Source: Bacilli bacterium (lineage in GTDB: Bacteria > Bacillota_I > Bacilli_A > RF39 > UBA660). Taken from it: 64,000 nucleotides of DNA. The stretch lies in contig JAEDGC010000001.1 in the NCBI GenBank assembly GCA_016297695.1, positions 23,161-87,160 of the forward strand. Reading direction: 5' to 3'. The notes beneath the pieces were generated by a model, which had not been told where the DNA came from, ran no database searches, and was given only the letters and a program-made list of their open reading frames with translations. Both the position numbers and the translations under genes were made by a program. Positions within the stretch are counted from its first letter, which is position 1. Every line of letters starts with the position of its first letter. Below, in pieces: positions 48,179-59,212 of the stretch.

Positions 48179-49699
48179 TTGATAAACAGACAAAATAACA
48201 ATATAGAACAATCTCCTAAAATTGATTTCTCTAAAATAAAAGTTGGTTTAAAAACTTTAGATGATGCTACATTAACTTTAACTCAAGAAAAAACAAATCC
48301 ATATACAGATAAAAGTTATATTTTACAAGCTATTGAAAATTGTGATTATGAAGAAATGATAAAAATCTCTGATTACTATTATAAGACAAGTGGTATTTAC
48401 AACAGATTATGTAGATATATGGCTTATTTATATAGATATGATTGGATGGTTACCCCTTATATTAGTGATGAAAAACAAAAGAATGATAAAATGTTATCAA
48501 CCTTTTACAAAATTTTACAATTTTTAGATAATTTTAATGTAAAAAGATTTTTTGGAGAAGTTGCTTTAAAAGTTATAAAAAATGGTTGTTATTATGGTTA
48601 TAAAATATATAATAGTAACAATACATTATCTATACAAGAACTTCCAAGTAAATATTGTCGTTCAAGATTTAAAGTTGATTTGCAACCAGTTGTTGAATTT
48701 AATATGAAATACTTTGATGAAGTTTTCAAAGATGTAAATCAAAGAATGAAAATATTAAATTTATTTCCGCCAGAATTTAAAAAAGGTTATAGTTTATATA
48801 AACAAAATAAATTAAAGCCTGAGTTTAGCGGAGATAGCGCTGGATGGTATATGTTAGATATTAATTTTGCTTTTAAATTTAACATTAATGAAACAGATAT
48901 TCCAACTTTTATTTCTGTAATTCCTGCTATTATTGATTTAAATACAACAGAAGAATTAAATCTCAAAAAAATGCAACAACAGCTATTAAAAATAATAATT
49001 CAAAAAATGCCATTTGATAAAAATGGAGATATGATTTTTGATTTAGATGAAGCGGCTCAACTTCATAATAATGCTGTGCATATGTTAAAAAGAGCAATTG
49101 GCATAGATGTATTAACGACTTTCGCGGATGTTGAAGTTGCTACTTTATCAGATAGAAATACTAACACCACAACAGATGATTTAGCTATTGTTGAGAGAGA
49201 AGTTTTTAATGAAGCTGGTGTTTCTCAGAAGCAATTTAATACAGATGGTAATTTAGCTCTTGAAAAATCTATTTTAAATGATGAAGCTTCAATTTATAAT
49301 TTAATTATTCAATTTGAAGATTTTTTAAATAGCATTATTAGACCTTTTTATAAAAATCCAAATAAATTATATTTTAAAGCACAAATATTGACAACTACAA
49401 TTTATAATTATAAGGAAATGTCTAAAATGTATAAAGAGCAAATGCAATTAGGTTTTTCTAAACTATTGCCGCAAATTGCTCTTGGTCAATCTCAAAGTAT
49501 GATTCTTGCAACTGCTTATTTTGAAAATGAAGTATTAGATTTGGTAACATTATTTATTCCCCCAATGATGTCATCAACTATGAATACAGAAGCTATTGAT
49601 AAAATAAGAGAAGAGAATAAAGCTGGAAGACCATCAAATGAAGAATTAGGAAAAGAAGTTTCTGATAAAACTTTAGCTAATAAAGAAGCAGAAAGCTGA
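48179..49699 (+). CDS. portal protein
   Basis: 506 aa. TTG start after AGGAGAAGG. Size and position immediately after terL. Confidence 0.6.
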   Translation: MINRQNNNIEQSPKIDFSKIKVGLKTLDDATLTLTQEKTNPYTDKSYILQAIENCDYEEMIKISDYYYKTSGIYNRLCRYMAYLYRYDWMVTPYISDEKQKNDKMLSTFYKILQFLDNFNVKRFFGEVALKVIKNGCYYGYKIYNSNNTLSIQELPSKYCRSRFKVDLQPVVEFNMKYFDEVFKDVNQRMKILNLFPPEFKKGYSLYKQNKLKPEFSGDSAGWYMLDINFAFKFNINETDIPTFISVIPAIIDLNTTEELNLKKMQQQLLKIIIQKMPFDKNGDMIFDLDEAAQLHNNAVHMLKRAIGIDVLTTFADVEVATLSDRNTNTTTDDLAIVEREVFNEAGVSQKQFNTDGNLALEKSILNDEASIYNLIIQFEDFLNSIIRPFYKNPNKLYFKAQILTTTIYNYKEMSKMYKEQMQLGFSKLLPQIALGQSQSMILATAYFENEVLDLVTLFIPPMMSSTMNTEAIDKIREENKAGRPSNEELGKEVSDKTLANKEAES

Positions 49700-49709
49700 G
49701 GAGAATAAT

Positions 49710-50960
49710 ATGTATAAATCATTAGCAACTATTAAATCTCCTGAATTTATTAATCTACAACCAGTTGATATAAACCCTCTTATGAGTACCTGTGATATAA
49801 AGGTTTTATATTTAGGAAAAAATAGAAATCATAGTTATATTACTAAAGAAGTTGCTACAGAAATGGCAAAGACGTTAAGAGGGTGTCCAATTGTTGGATA
49901 CTTTAAAGAAGAGCAACAAGATTTTAGAGACCATGGAGAACAAGTAGTAATGGATGAATCTGGTATTCATTTTAATTGTCTTACTACTCCCTATGGTTTT
50001 GTTGCGCCAGATGCAAAAGTATGGTTTCAAGAATTTGAAGACACTGACCAATTTGGTAATGTAACAACAAGGGAATATTTAATGACAACTGGCTTTTTAT
50101 GGACTGGACAATTTCCAGAAATTAAAGAAGCAGTGGATGAAGGCCGCCCTCAGTCAATGGAATTAGATGAAAAAACTTGTGAAGGAAATTGGGCAACCGA
50201 TAATAATTCAGGTTTAGAATTTTTTATTATAAATGATGCAATATTTTCAAAATTATGTATTTTAGGAGAAGATGTTGAGCCTTGTTTCGAGGGTAGTTCA
50301 GTTAAAACTACATTTACAAAAGATCTGGATGATAAATTTACAACTACATTATTCTCCATGATGCAAGATTTACAATTTGTTTTAAAAGGAGGACCTAATA
50401 TGCCAAATATGGACAATATTGAACAAACTGTTGAAGTTGAAAATCAAGAAATTACAGAAACAGAAGTTCCTGTAGAAGAAACTCCAACAGAAGAAATAGT
50501 TGAAGAAACTCCTGCTGAAGAACCAACTGTAGAAGAAGAACCAGTTGTTGAAGAAGCTTCTGTAGAAGAACCTGCAGAAACTCCAGAGTCTACTGAATTT
50601 TCTTTATTACAAACTCAATATCAAGAATTACAAGCTAAATTTGATAATTTAAAGAAAGATTATGATGAACTTGTAGAATTTAAATTACAAGTAGAAGATA
50701 AAGAAAAAGATGCTTTAATTAATAGTTTCTATATGTTATCAGATGAAGATAAAGCAGATGTAATTAAAAATAAAAGACAATATTCTTATGATGATATTGA
50801 AGCAAAACTTTCTGTTATTTGCGTAAGAAATAAAGTAAATTTCACAAATGACAATGAAGAAAAGCAAGATCAAGTTATTACATATTCTTTAAATGATGAT
50901 ACTGATAGTGTACCAGCTTGGTTAAAAGCAGTTCAAAGAACTCAATCAAAACAAGATTAA
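49710..50960 (+). CDS. scaffolding protein (possibly protease-scaffold fusion)
   Basis: 416 aa. Acidic E/P/V/T low-complexity linker, then a coiled-coil C-terminus. Lies between portal and capsid genes. Confidence 0.45.
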   Translation: MYKSLATIKSPEFINLQPVDINPLMSTCDIKVLYLGKNRNHSYITKEVATEMAKTLRGCPIVGYFKEEQQDFRDHGEQVVMDESGIHFNCLTTPYGFVAPDAKVWFQEFEDTDQFGNVTTREYLMTTGFLWTGQFPEIKEAVDEGRPQSMELDEKTCEGNWATDNNSGLEFFIINDAIFSKLCILGEDVEPCFEGSSVKTTFTKDLDDKFTTTLFSMMQDLQFVLKGGPNMPNMDNIEQTVEVENQEITETEVPVEETPTEEIVEETPAEEPTVEEEPVVEEASVEEPAETPESTEFSLLQTQYQELQAKFDNLKKDYDELVEFKLQVEDKEKDALINSFYMLSDEDKADVIKNKRQYSYDDIEAKLSVICVRNKVNFTNDNEEKQDQVITYSLNDDTDSVPAWLKAVQRTQSKQD

Positions 50961-50978
50961 TATAAGGAGGACAATTAT

Positions 50979-51503
50979 ATGGCACAGATAGATAGAATTG
51001 GATTTGGTCAAGTAGAACCTAATCACTTATCTGCTCAAAGAACTGGACAGATTTATGCTCAGCTTCCCGCAGCATCTGCAATTACTACTCTTGAAAATGG
51101 TCAGTTTGCAAAATATGATTATGCTACTGGAGAAGTTAATTATACAGGCGCAGGCGAGTGGATGCTTGTATTTAATGAAGTAAAACTTTATGGTTCAAAA
51201 GAAACTTATAAGGATTTTGCTTTACAAAAGACAGATTATATTGATGGAGTTATGACTCCAAGATTATTTAAGACAAATGTTGGTGATATTTTCACAACTA
51301 ATACAGTAAAGAAGGCTGCAACATCAAACACTGGCTCTACTACTGGTGAAGCTCTTGCTGAAAAGGATACACTCGTTGTAAATGCAGCAGGTTATCTTGA
51401 AAAGTCATCAGCCCCAACAGCAGGCGCAATGGTTTGGGAAGTAGCTAAGGTTACTACAATGCCAGATGGTCAAGCCGCAGTTAAAATTGTAAGAATTAAG
51501 TAA
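50979..51503 (+). CDS. head protein (decoration/accessory, by position)
   Basis: 174 aa with an AAGGAGG RBS and GC-richer codons like the capsid gene. Confidence 0.4.
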   Translation: MAQIDRIGFGQVEPNHLSAQRTGQIYAQLPAASAITTLENGQFAKYDYATGEVNYTGAGEWMLVFNEVKLYGSKETYKDFALQKTDYIDGVMTPRLFKTNVGDIFTTNTVKKAATSNTGSTTGEALAEKDTLVVNAAGYLEKSSAPTAGAMVWEVAKVTTMPDGQAAVKIVRIK

Positions 51504-51516
51504 GGAGGTAAAAGAT

Positions 51517-52539
51517 ATGTTAGATTTTAATAATTTAGTAACTCTTGCAAAGAAAACTACAGAAGCTGCTAATAAGCCAACAACTACTTTTTCTTATAAT
51601 GATGTAAATTGTACTTATTCAGATCTTAATAATACTTTAAGAGAAGAATTAAATAACTATGCTGGCACTTATGCATCCTTCCGTGAAAATAAAAACAAGA
51701 TTTTCCAACTTGTAGAAACAATTATTGACGATGTACTTCCTCAGAGAGTTATGGAAGCATACGCACAGTTTGCAGAAATTAAGACTTTCAACCAGGGAGA
51801 TAAGCCTGTATTCGTACAGAAAGTTACTGCTGCCTCAAGACGCAGAGCTAAACAGTTTATTACTAAGGTAGGTCTTGCTGGTATTTATGAAGTATTTAAG
51901 CTTGATGGACAGAGCTATGAAGTTCCTACTTCTGCTTATGGCGGAGCTGCTCAGATTGGTCTCGAAGAGTTCCTTGATGGAAGAGTAGATTGGGGCGTTT
52001 TAGTAGACATTGTAATGGAAGGTCTTGATGAAGCTATTTATAGAGAAATGGCTAAGGCTCTTGTTGCTGCTGTAACAAGTCTTCAGTCTACAAATAAGAC
52101 TACTCAAACTGGTTTCGTAGAGGCTGAAATGGATAAGCTTCTTCAAATTGCAGATTCTTATGGTAAGGCAGAAATTTACTGCACATATGAATTTGCAGCT
52201 ACAATGGTTCCTTCTACTGGTTGGGTATCTGATGATATGAGAAATCAGAAGTGGAATAATGGTTATCTTGGTAACTATAAAACTCACAGAGTAATTGTTC
52301 TTCCTCAGTCTTTTGAAGATGAAACTAACACTAAGAAGGTTCTTGATCCTAGCTACGCTTGGATTATTCCTACTGGAACGGGTGAAAAGCCTATCAAGGT
52401 TGCTATGGAAGGTCAGACAATTGTTGATGAATATGTTAATAAAGATCGTTCAAGAGAAATTCAAGTTTACAAGAAGATTGGTGTAGGCGCAAAGATTACT
52501 AATAATATTTGCGTTTATAAGAATAGTTCTCTTGCGTAA
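51517..52539 (+). CDS. major capsid protein
   Basis: 340 aa with an AAGGAGG RBS. Shift to highly-expressed-type codons, strong terminator directly downstream, position after the scaffold gene. Confidence 0.65.
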   Translation: MLDFNNLVTLAKKTTEAANKPTTTFSYNDVNCTYSDLNNTLREELNNYAGTYASFRENKNKIFQLVETIIDDVLPQRVMEAYAQFAEIKTFNQGDKPVFVQKVTAASRRRAKQFITKVGLAGIYEVFKLDGQSYEVPTSAYGGAAQIGLEEFLDGRVDWGVLVDIVMEGLDEAIYREMAKALVAAVTSLQSTNKTTQTGFVEAEMDKLLQIADSYGKAEIYCTYEFAATMVPSTGWVSDDMRNQKWNNGYLGNYKTHRVIVLPQSFEDETNTKKVLDPSYAWIIPTGTGEKPIKVAMEGQTIVDEYVNKDRSREIQVYKKIGVGAKITNNICVYKNSSLA

Positions 52540-52552
52540 TTAGATAAAGAAA

Positions 52553-52596
52553 GGGAAGATAAAATTTAATATTTTTATCTTCCCTTTTTATTTTTT
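52553..52596 (+). terminator. terminator after the capsid gene
   Basis: GGGAAGATAAAA/TTTTATCTTCCC stem plus a T-run. Confidence 0.75.
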
Positions 52597-52621
52597 ATAA
52601 GAGATAAAAGGAGAGAATAAT

Positions 52622-53182
52622 ATGTTATTAGATGATGTTATAATTGAAGTAACCAATAGAGATAATGGAAGTGTTGGTTATACTATAGAAGATTTGAATA
52701 ATTTACACAGAAATTTTATGCCCAATGAAACAAAAAAGATTACAATGGGCGAATTAAGAAAATTAGCTTATACTCCAGGCGGACAATATTTACTTAATAA
52801 TTGTTTAAAGTTAAATAATAGTGAAGCAATAGATGAACTAATTGGTGAAGTAGAAATTGAATATTATTACGATGAAGAAAAAATAAAGAATCTATTAACA
52901 GTTGGTTCTCTTGATGAATTTTTAGATTGTCTTGATTTTGCGCCAGATGGAGTAATTGATTTAGTAAAAAATTTAGCTGTAACATTAAAATTAAATGACT
53001 ATGCAAAGAGAGAAGCAATTCTTGAAAAAACTGGATTTGATGTTAGTAAAGCTATTGAAATAAATAAAGAAACAGAAGAAGTTAAACAGGATAAAACCAA
53101 TACAACAAGAAGGGTTAAAGAAGAAACTCAAGAAGTTGAAAATAAGCCTGTAAGGAGAACACTTAGTTCAACTAAAAAATAA
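52622..53182 (+). CDS. hypothetical head/connector-module protein
   Basis: 186 aa. Confidence 0.4.
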   Translation: MLLDDVIIEVTNRDNGSVGYTIEDLNNLHRNFMPNETKKITMGELRKLAYTPGGQYLLNNCLKLNNSEAIDELIGEVEIEYYYDEEKIKNLLTVGSLDEFLDCLDFAPDGVIDLVKNLAVTLKLNDYAKREAILEKTGFDVSKAIEINKETEEVKQDKTNTTRRVKEETQEVENKPVRRTLSSTKK

Positions 53183-53196
53183 AGGAGGAAAATGCT

Positions 53197-53739
53197 ATGG
53201 GTAAAACCTCTTTTTCCTTTGTATATGACAGATTTCTATCAAAAATAACTGATGATATGTATATGGAATTAACAGAATTAGATACTTATAGATTATTAGA
53301 AGATTTGTTAATTTCCGCAATACAAAAGTTTGAATTTCCAAGAGTTAATCTAAATGACTATGAAATTGAAAGCTTTGAAGATCAGAGTGAATATACTGGA
53401 GTAGAAAGTGATAACGAGACTGTTATCACTTATCTTTATACAGAGGGATATTTTAATGCTGAATTAACAGCGGAAGAGATTAATATTTTAGCAACTTATA
53501 TGATTGTAGAATGGCTTGGACAACAATTAGCAAGTGTAGAAAATACAAGATTAAAGTATAGCGGTTCAGATTTTAAATTCACTTCACAAGCTAATCATAT
53601 GGCTAAAATATTAGCGTTAAAAACAGATTATGAAAGAGAAGGCTTCCATTTACAAAGATTATATAAGAGAAGAGAAAATGGGTCTGATGGATTTATTAAA
53701 AATAGAATGGATGTCTTTTTAACAAGCGCAAATGAATAA
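53197..53739 (+). CDS. head-tail connector protein (by position)
   Basis: 180 aa with an AGGAGG RBS. Confidence 0.4.
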   Translation: MGKTSFSFVYDRFLSKITDDMYMELTELDTYRLLEDLLISAIQKFEFPRVNLNDYEIESFEDQSEYTGVESDNETVITYLYTEGYFNAELTAEEINILATYMIVEWLGQQLASVENTRLKYSGSDFKFTSQANHMAKILALKTDYEREGFHLQRLYKRRENGSDGFIKNRMDVFLTSANE

Positions 53740-54046
53740 AAGATTATCAATATCAAATTCCGCTATACAAAAGAATTTACGCAGAATAGTAAATCAAATT
53801 TATAAATTATTACCTTGTAGAGAAGAAGGTTTAGATTGGCAATCCCCCTTAACAACAATTATTGAAGAACTAATTGGTATGAATGATTTAATTGAAGATG
53901 AGAATTTCTTCTCCTTAATATGTAAACTACAAGGATTATTACATCTAACCGCAGAAGAAGATTTTTTCTTATATAGAAGAATTATATTTGAATGTCTTTC
54001 TTTATTAAATAAAATATTAAATAACTTTAAGGAGGAAGATATATGA
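53732..54046 (+). CDS. small connector-module protein
   Basis: 104 aa. Overlapping start/stop codons with neighbours. Confidence 0.4.
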   Translation: MNKRLSISNSAIQKNLRRIVNQIYKLLPCREEGLDWQSPLTTIIEELIGMNDLIEDENFFSLICKLQGLLHLTAEEDFFLYRRIIFECLSLLNKILNNFKEEDI

Positions 54047-54999
54047 GTGGATTAGATAATTTAAAAACAAGAGTAAAATACTATGGTGTTACTACTGAGG
54101 ACAGAATGAGGACTGATAAATTAAGGGGTTTACGGACAGCCCTGTTTAATTCAGACCAGGCGGAAACTATAGTATTAAATGATGGTAGAGAATTTAAATG
54201 CCTTATTAATCCAAGTAAAATAAATAAAGATGAAGATATAAAACTATTATCTATTCCTTTTAAAGATATATGTTTAAATAGTGATAGAAAAGGTAAAACT
54301 TCTGAAGGAATAGAAGAAATTGGAATAAAAAATGGCGATGTTATTCAATGGAAAGAGAATCAATCTTATTGGTTAGTATATTTACAAAATTTAGAAGAAG
54401 AAGCTTACTTTAGAGGTACTCTTCGCAGATGTAGATATGAACTTACTATTGGTGAAAATACTTATAAAATTTATTTTTGTGGACCAAGTGTTAAGACTAT
54501 GGACTGGAGTTCTGAAAAACAGATTTACTGGAATGGTCTCAATTATGATGCAATGCTTACAATAACTCAAAATGAAGAAACTTTAAAATTTTTTAATAGA
54601 TTTACTAAAGTTAAAATTAATAATGAAAATTGGGTTGTTGAAGCAACAGATAAAATTTCAACAGAAGGAATAATTGATGTGTATTTGAAAGAAGATTATT
54701 CAAATACTGTTGAAGATGAAAATGAAATTGCGCCAATTGAACCAGTAGAGCCAGACTTAGAATCTTCATACATTAAGGGTGATGATTCAGTCTATCCTTA
54801 TGATGTTAAACAGTATAATATTATTAATTCAGAAAAGGGATTTTGGTCTGTTGATAATATTAAAAAAGCAAAAATATTATCTCAATCTTCTTCTAATTGT
54901 GAAATTGAAATACTTGGTAATAAAGGTGAATTTAATTTAATCTATAGCGCTGATGGGCAAGATGATATAATTTTATTGATTAAAATTTTACCAATATAA
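54043..54999 (+). CDS. virion neck/tail-module protein
   Basis: 318 aa. Confidence 0.4.
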   Translation: MSGLDNLKTRVKYYGVTTEDRMRTDKLRGLRTALFNSDQAETIVLNDGREFKCLINPSKINKDEDIKLLSIPFKDICLNSDRKGKTSEGIEEIGIKNGDVIQWKENQSYWLVYLQNLEEEAYFRGTLRRCRYELTIGENTYKIYFCGPSVKTMDWSSEKQIYWNGLNYDAMLTITQNEETLKFFNRFTKVKINNENWVVEATDKISTEGIIDVYLKEDYSNTVEDENEIAPIEPVEPDLESSYIKGDDSVYPYDVKQYNIINSEKGFWSVDNIKKAKILSQSSSNCEIEILGNKGEFNLIYSADGQDDIILLIKILPI

Positions 55000-55011
55000 A
55001 AGGAGAAAAAT

Positions 55012-55590
55012 ATGATTAACTTAACTAAACCTATTGAATCCTCTTTTTTCTCTTGTGAAAAAGATACTGAATTAATATTAGAAAAATTGTTTATTACAAA
55101 TAGACAAAAAGGAAATGAGTTAAAAAGACTCCTTGTTATTAATACACCAGACTGTTTAGATACAACTAATATAAGATATCAACAAATCGTTGAGAGTAAA
55201 TCTATTAAAGATTTAAAAAATGAACAGTATATTAAGATTACTCCTAAAATTGCTTTTAAAGAACACGAAGAAGTAAAAAGTTATATACTAATTAGTTTTG
55301 ATAATTTTGTTCCTAATGCCACAAACCCAGAATTTAGAGATTGCACGGTTAGTTTTGATATTATATGTCATACTGATTATTGGGATTTAGGCGGCTTTCA
55401 ATTAAGACCTTTAAAAATTGCTGGTTATATAGATGGATTACTAAACAATTGTAAATTAACTGGAATAGGTACTTTCCAGTTTTTAGGCTGTAGTGAATTA
55501 ATTTTAGATGAGAACTTAGCCGGTTATACTTTAATGTACTCTGCCATTCATGGTAGTGATGATAGGATAGAGAATAACGATGATGATTGA
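55012..55590 (+). CDS. virion neck/tail-module protein
   Basis: 192 aa. Confidence 0.4.
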   Translation: MINLTKPIESSFFSCEKDTELILEKLFITNRQKGNELKRLLVINTPDCLDTTNIRYQQIVESKSIKDLKNEQYIKITPKIAFKEHEEVKSYILISFDNFVPNATNPEFRDCTVSFDIICHTDYWDLGGFQLRPLKIAGYIDGLLNNCKLTGIGTFQFLGCSELILDENLAGYTLMYSAIHGSDDRIENNDDD

Positions 55591-56311
55591 TGAATTAACT
55601 CTTGCAACTGGCGCAGATATAGTGTTTAAAAAAGGTAGATTAGTAATACATCAGCCAACAATTAAAGAAATTGGTCTTATTGGAGAAAACAATTTCTTTT
55701 TAGGAATACAATTGTTAAGATTATCTAAGGAAAATTTATTTGGAGCTAAGGACAATGTAGATTTATCTAATTATAGTGATTTTCAAGTATTAATGTCAAT
55801 AATAAAAAGCAATCTTAAAGAATCACAAGAGCAGATAGAAGCTTTTTATTTAGTTCTTTCGTTGCTATTTCCGCAAAATGAAGTAAAAATTGAAGACTCT
55901 AAGATATCTATTGGAGAAACTGGATTTTTAAATGATTATAATTTTGAGGATTTTAAGCAATATATAAAAGAAATGTTCTCTTCTTTTAATGGAGAACAAG
56001 AATTACGACCTTCTGAAGGTAAACTTATGGATAAACTTATGAAAAAGTTAAATGAGCGTCATAAAAAATTGGCGGAATTGAAAGATGAAAGTGAACAAGA
56101 AGGAAGTCTATTAGGTAGACTTGTATCTATTATTGCTGTTGGGGGAAATAAAAGCAAAGTAGATATATCTCAATACACTTTTTATCAAATTCAAGAAGAG
56201 TTTAAAAGAATGAATTTAAAAATTTATTATGATTTTTATAATTCAGCAAAGATGGTAGGTTGTAAAGATTTAAAAGAACCAGAAGATTGGATGCAATATA
56301 TACATCCATAA
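55580..56311 (+). CDS. virion neck/tail-module protein
   Basis: 243 aa. Confidence 0.4.
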   Translation: MMIDELTLATGADIVFKKGRLVIHQPTIKEIGLIGENNFFLGIQLLRLSKENLFGAKDNVDLSNYSDFQVLMSIIKSNLKESQEQIEAFYLVLSLLFPQNEVKIEDSKISIGETGFLNDYNFEDFKQYIKEMFSSFNGEQELRPSEGKLMDKLMKKLNERHKKLAELKDESEQEGSLLGRLVSIIAVGGNKSKVDISQYTFYQIQEEFKRMNLKIYYDFYNSAKMVGCKDLKEPEDWMQYIHP

Positions 56312-56334
56312 AATATTTTAAGGAGGAAAAACCT

Positions 56335-57555
56335 ATGAAATTTGGTATTCGTGAAGTTTGTAATTTAACTTATAGAGCAAAGACTTCTGTAAAAATTGGT
56401 AACAAAATTTTTGAGGCTGGTCAACCTGTTTTAATAATTGATTCTGCAAAGACTTCAACTCTTGAAGGAGCAGGCACAACTGTATATGCAACTGGTGGTC
56501 GTGGTAATACTCGTTTAATAGCTTGGGAAGGTGAAAAGACTCTTACCTTTACAGTAGAAGATGCACTTATTTCACCAATAGGCTTATCAATACTTACTGG
56601 TGCAGGTCTTATTAAAAAAGGAGAAAAGGAATATGTTCATGTACATCAAACAATTATGGCAACAGCAGATGCAAATAATGGTGTTATAGATCTAAAAGAT
56701 GCTCTTGGCAGTGATAAAATTTGTGGTTCAGCGCCTTTATTTGTTTTAGCTACCGATCCAGATGGTGGTTTAACAGGCGATATTTATAAAGTAGCTAGTG
56801 TAGACCAGGATGGTGATAATAGAAAGATTATTCTGCTCGGAGATGAAGGAAAAGGAAACAATGTAATTGTAGACTGTTATATTTTAAAAGAAGGTTCTAG
56901 TGTTTCAGAAATTCAAATTGATGCTGAAAATTTTGCCGGTTATTATTATGTAGAAGGAGACACTTACTTCAGAGCACAAGGTAATGGTAAAGATATGCCA
57001 GCTGTTATTACTCTTCCTAATGTAAAGATTCAATCTAACTTTACATTTACAATGGCTTCCAGTGGCGATCCTAGTACATTTACTTACACTATGGATGCGT
57101 TCCCCGGTTACACCTATTTTAATAAAACAAAGAAAGTTCTTTGTTTAATTCAAATAATTGAAGAATCAAAACCAGTAGATGCTAAATGGGATACTGTAAT
57201 GGGACACGCAGAAAGAGAAGAAATAAGAACAGACGATGAAACAAATACAGATGTAGATAGCTATAAGGGCATAGATATTCCTAGTTTTTCAGCAGTTACT
57301 TTTACTGCAAATGGGAAAACGATTGATTTAATTGATAATACTATAACAGTTCCAGCTGATGCTAGTGATAACTTAACATTAGCTATTAGCGAAGAAGGAT
57401 TTAATATCAGAGATGATGTTAAAATTCCAGTAACTGGAATATCAGATGCTTATAAAACAGCCTATGCAACAACCATTTATTCTACAACAGATAATACTAA
57501 ATCAAAAACTTATACTTGGTATGCTATTAAAGCAAAAGCAGCAGCAACTGAATAA
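56335..57555 (+). CDS. major tail protein with C-terminal Ig-like domain
   Basis: ATG 56335 after AAGGAGG. 406 aa. Strong terminator downstream. Position before the chaperone and tape measure. No separate sheath/tube pair seen. Confidence 0.5.
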   Translation: MKFGIREVCNLTYRAKTSVKIGNKIFEAGQPVLIIDSAKTSTLEGAGTTVYATGGRGNTRLIAWEGEKTLTFTVEDALISPIGLSILTGAGLIKKGEKEYVHVHQTIMATADANNGVIDLKDALGSDKICGSAPLFVLATDPDGGLTGDIYKVASVDQDGDNRKIILLGDEGKGNNVIVDCYILKEGSSVSEIQIDAENFAGYYYVEGDTYFRAQGNGKDMPAVITLPNVKIQSNFTFTMASSGDPSTFTYTMDAFPGYTYFNKTKKVLCLIQIIEESKPVDAKWDTVMGHAEREEIRTDDETNTDVDSYKGIDIPSFSAVTFTANGKTIDLIDNTITVPADASDNLTLAISEEGFNIRDDVKIPVTGISDAYKTAYATTIYSTTDNTKSKTYTWYAIKAKAAATE

Positions 57556-57563
57556 TTAAAATA

Positions 57564-57596
57564 AATAAGGGGGATTTATTCCCCCTTATTTTTTTA
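57564..57596 (+). terminator. terminator after the major tail protein gene
   Basis: AATAAGGGGG/CCCCCTTATT stem plus TTTTT. Confidence 0.75.
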
Positions 57597-57616
57597 CCTA
57601 AAAAGAGGTGAAATAA

Positions 57617-59212
57617 ATGATAACTAAGCAAAAAAACTATGTCCATGCATATATGGACAGTATTGAAGATATAGATAAAAATAATTATGCAAAGCTAATT
57701 GACAAACATCATAACTATTTAAATAATTTAATTCAAAAAACAGGTAATGAGAATACCGCAAGAGATATAAGAGAAAAATTAAAAAATAATAAGGAAGAAT
57801 ATAAAAATTTAGAAAAAAACCTTTTAGCATTTTTAAAAGAAAAAGGAAATGAAGATATATATACTAAATTTTGTGAATCACTTTTAGATGAATTTACTAA
57901 TATAACTGTTGATAAAGATAATCTTTTTACGGAAGATTTTAAAATTAATCCAGAAGCTATTTTAACTTATACAGACAAAATTACTAAACTCGGTAAGGTT
58001 AAAGAAAAACATTATCTTACAACTATAGAAAAAAGAATAAAAAAAGCTGAAACTGTTAAAAACGATTTACTTCAAGACTATAAAAATAGTAAAAATCCTT
58101 ATACTTTAAAAATTATTAAATTAATTTATTCACAGATGCTCGATATACGAAAGCTATATAATCAATTAGTTAAATTAAATATAAAAGAAGTTAAAAAATC
58201 AGATTTAGAAAAACAAATTGATAATCGAATAACTATTAATAATAACCAAGAGAAAATAGACGCTTTTAAATTTTTTGAAGATAGTATTAAAAAGCTATAT
58301 AAAACAATTAATAAGTCTGGTTGTGTATTTAGACTAGAAAAAAGATTAAGAGAAGTAATTGTATATTATATTATGAATAATGTTGAGAATTTATCTGTTA
58401 AGTTCACAACTGAAATGATAGAAAAAGGAATTAAAGATGTTTCTGCAGCCAGTAAAAAAGTTACTTTTTCTAAGGGTCTTATTGACAGTCAAGGTAAATC
58501 AACGATAGGTAAACTATATAGAAATGTAGCAAAAGATATAAGTGATAAAATTGTAGAACAAATTGGTAATGACGATTATTATATTAATTTTGGAGCAAAA
58601 AAAGTTGATAATAAAATTGATTTTTATATTCAGATAAATGAAAAAAAAGATACTGGTATATCTTTTAAATCATATGATTTTACAAATAAGAATCCAAAAA
58701 TAAAAGGAATTACTCTTGCAAGTACTTTAAATTTATTAAGTTTAATTTTAGGAATGAACAGTATTGATAAGTCTTATGCTTTTTTAAATACTATTGCACC
58801 AGAGGGTCAAAATAAAAATAGAAAAAAAGCTCTTGATACATTAGAAAGACAAGCTGTTTATGCCGCGGCGACAGGTCATTTAGGTGGAAGAGAATTAATA
58901 AATAATAATAAGGATAAAGCAGAATATTTAGTTATTGAAGATACTAATAGTAAAGAAATATATATATATGCTATGAGTACAATAATTAATAATCTTAGAG
59001 GATATATTTTTATAGATCCAAATCCATTTAATTTAGATAATTATAATGATTATTTTATAAACAAATATATTACATCTAAATCTGGAGATGAAAGAAATGC
59101 TTTAGCTGCAATGGAAAGAAACACTATATTATTAATAAAATTAAGACAGACAAAAATGCACATTGGAATTAAAAAAGAAGTCCTTCCTCAAGGAAATGTT
59201 ACAACAGTTTGA
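57617..59212 (+). CDS. 531-aa K/N-rich protein of unknown function (moron-like insertion in the tail module)
   Basis: Own RBS (AGAGGTG). Bracketed by a terminator upstream and a consensus promoter overlapping its stop. More AT-rich than its neighbours. Confidence 0.5.
   Translation: MITKQKNYVHAYMDSIEDIDKNNYAKLIDKHHNYLNNLIQKTGNENTARDIREKLKNNKEEYKNLEKNLLAFLKEKGNEDIYTKFCESLLDEFTNITVDKDNLFTEDFKINPEAILTYTDKITKLGKVKEKHYLTTIEKRIKKAETVKNDLLQDYKNSKNPYTLKIIKLIYSQMLDIRKLYNQLVKLNIKEVKKSDLEKQIDNRITINNNQEKIDAFKFFEDSIKKLYKTINKSGCVFRLEKRLREVIVYYIMNNVENLSVKFTTEMIEKGIKDVSAASKKVTFSKGLIDSQGKSTIGKLYRNVAKDISDKIVEQIGNDDYYINFGAKKVDNKIDFYIQINEKKDTGISFKSYDFTNKNPKIKGITLASTLNLLSLILGMNSIDKSYAFLNTIAPEGQNKNRKKALDTLERQAVYAAATGHLGGRELINNNKDKAEYLVIEDTNSKEIYIYAMSTIINNLRGYIFIDPNPFNLDNYNDYFINKYITSKSGDERNALAAMERNTILLIKLRQTKMHIGIKKEVLPQGNVTTV

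Noticed and set aside
56335-57555. Contractile tail sheath.
   Set aside because: No tube gene follows it. The C-terminal Ig-like region and the gene order fit a siphovirus-type major tail protein better. The call remains uncertain.
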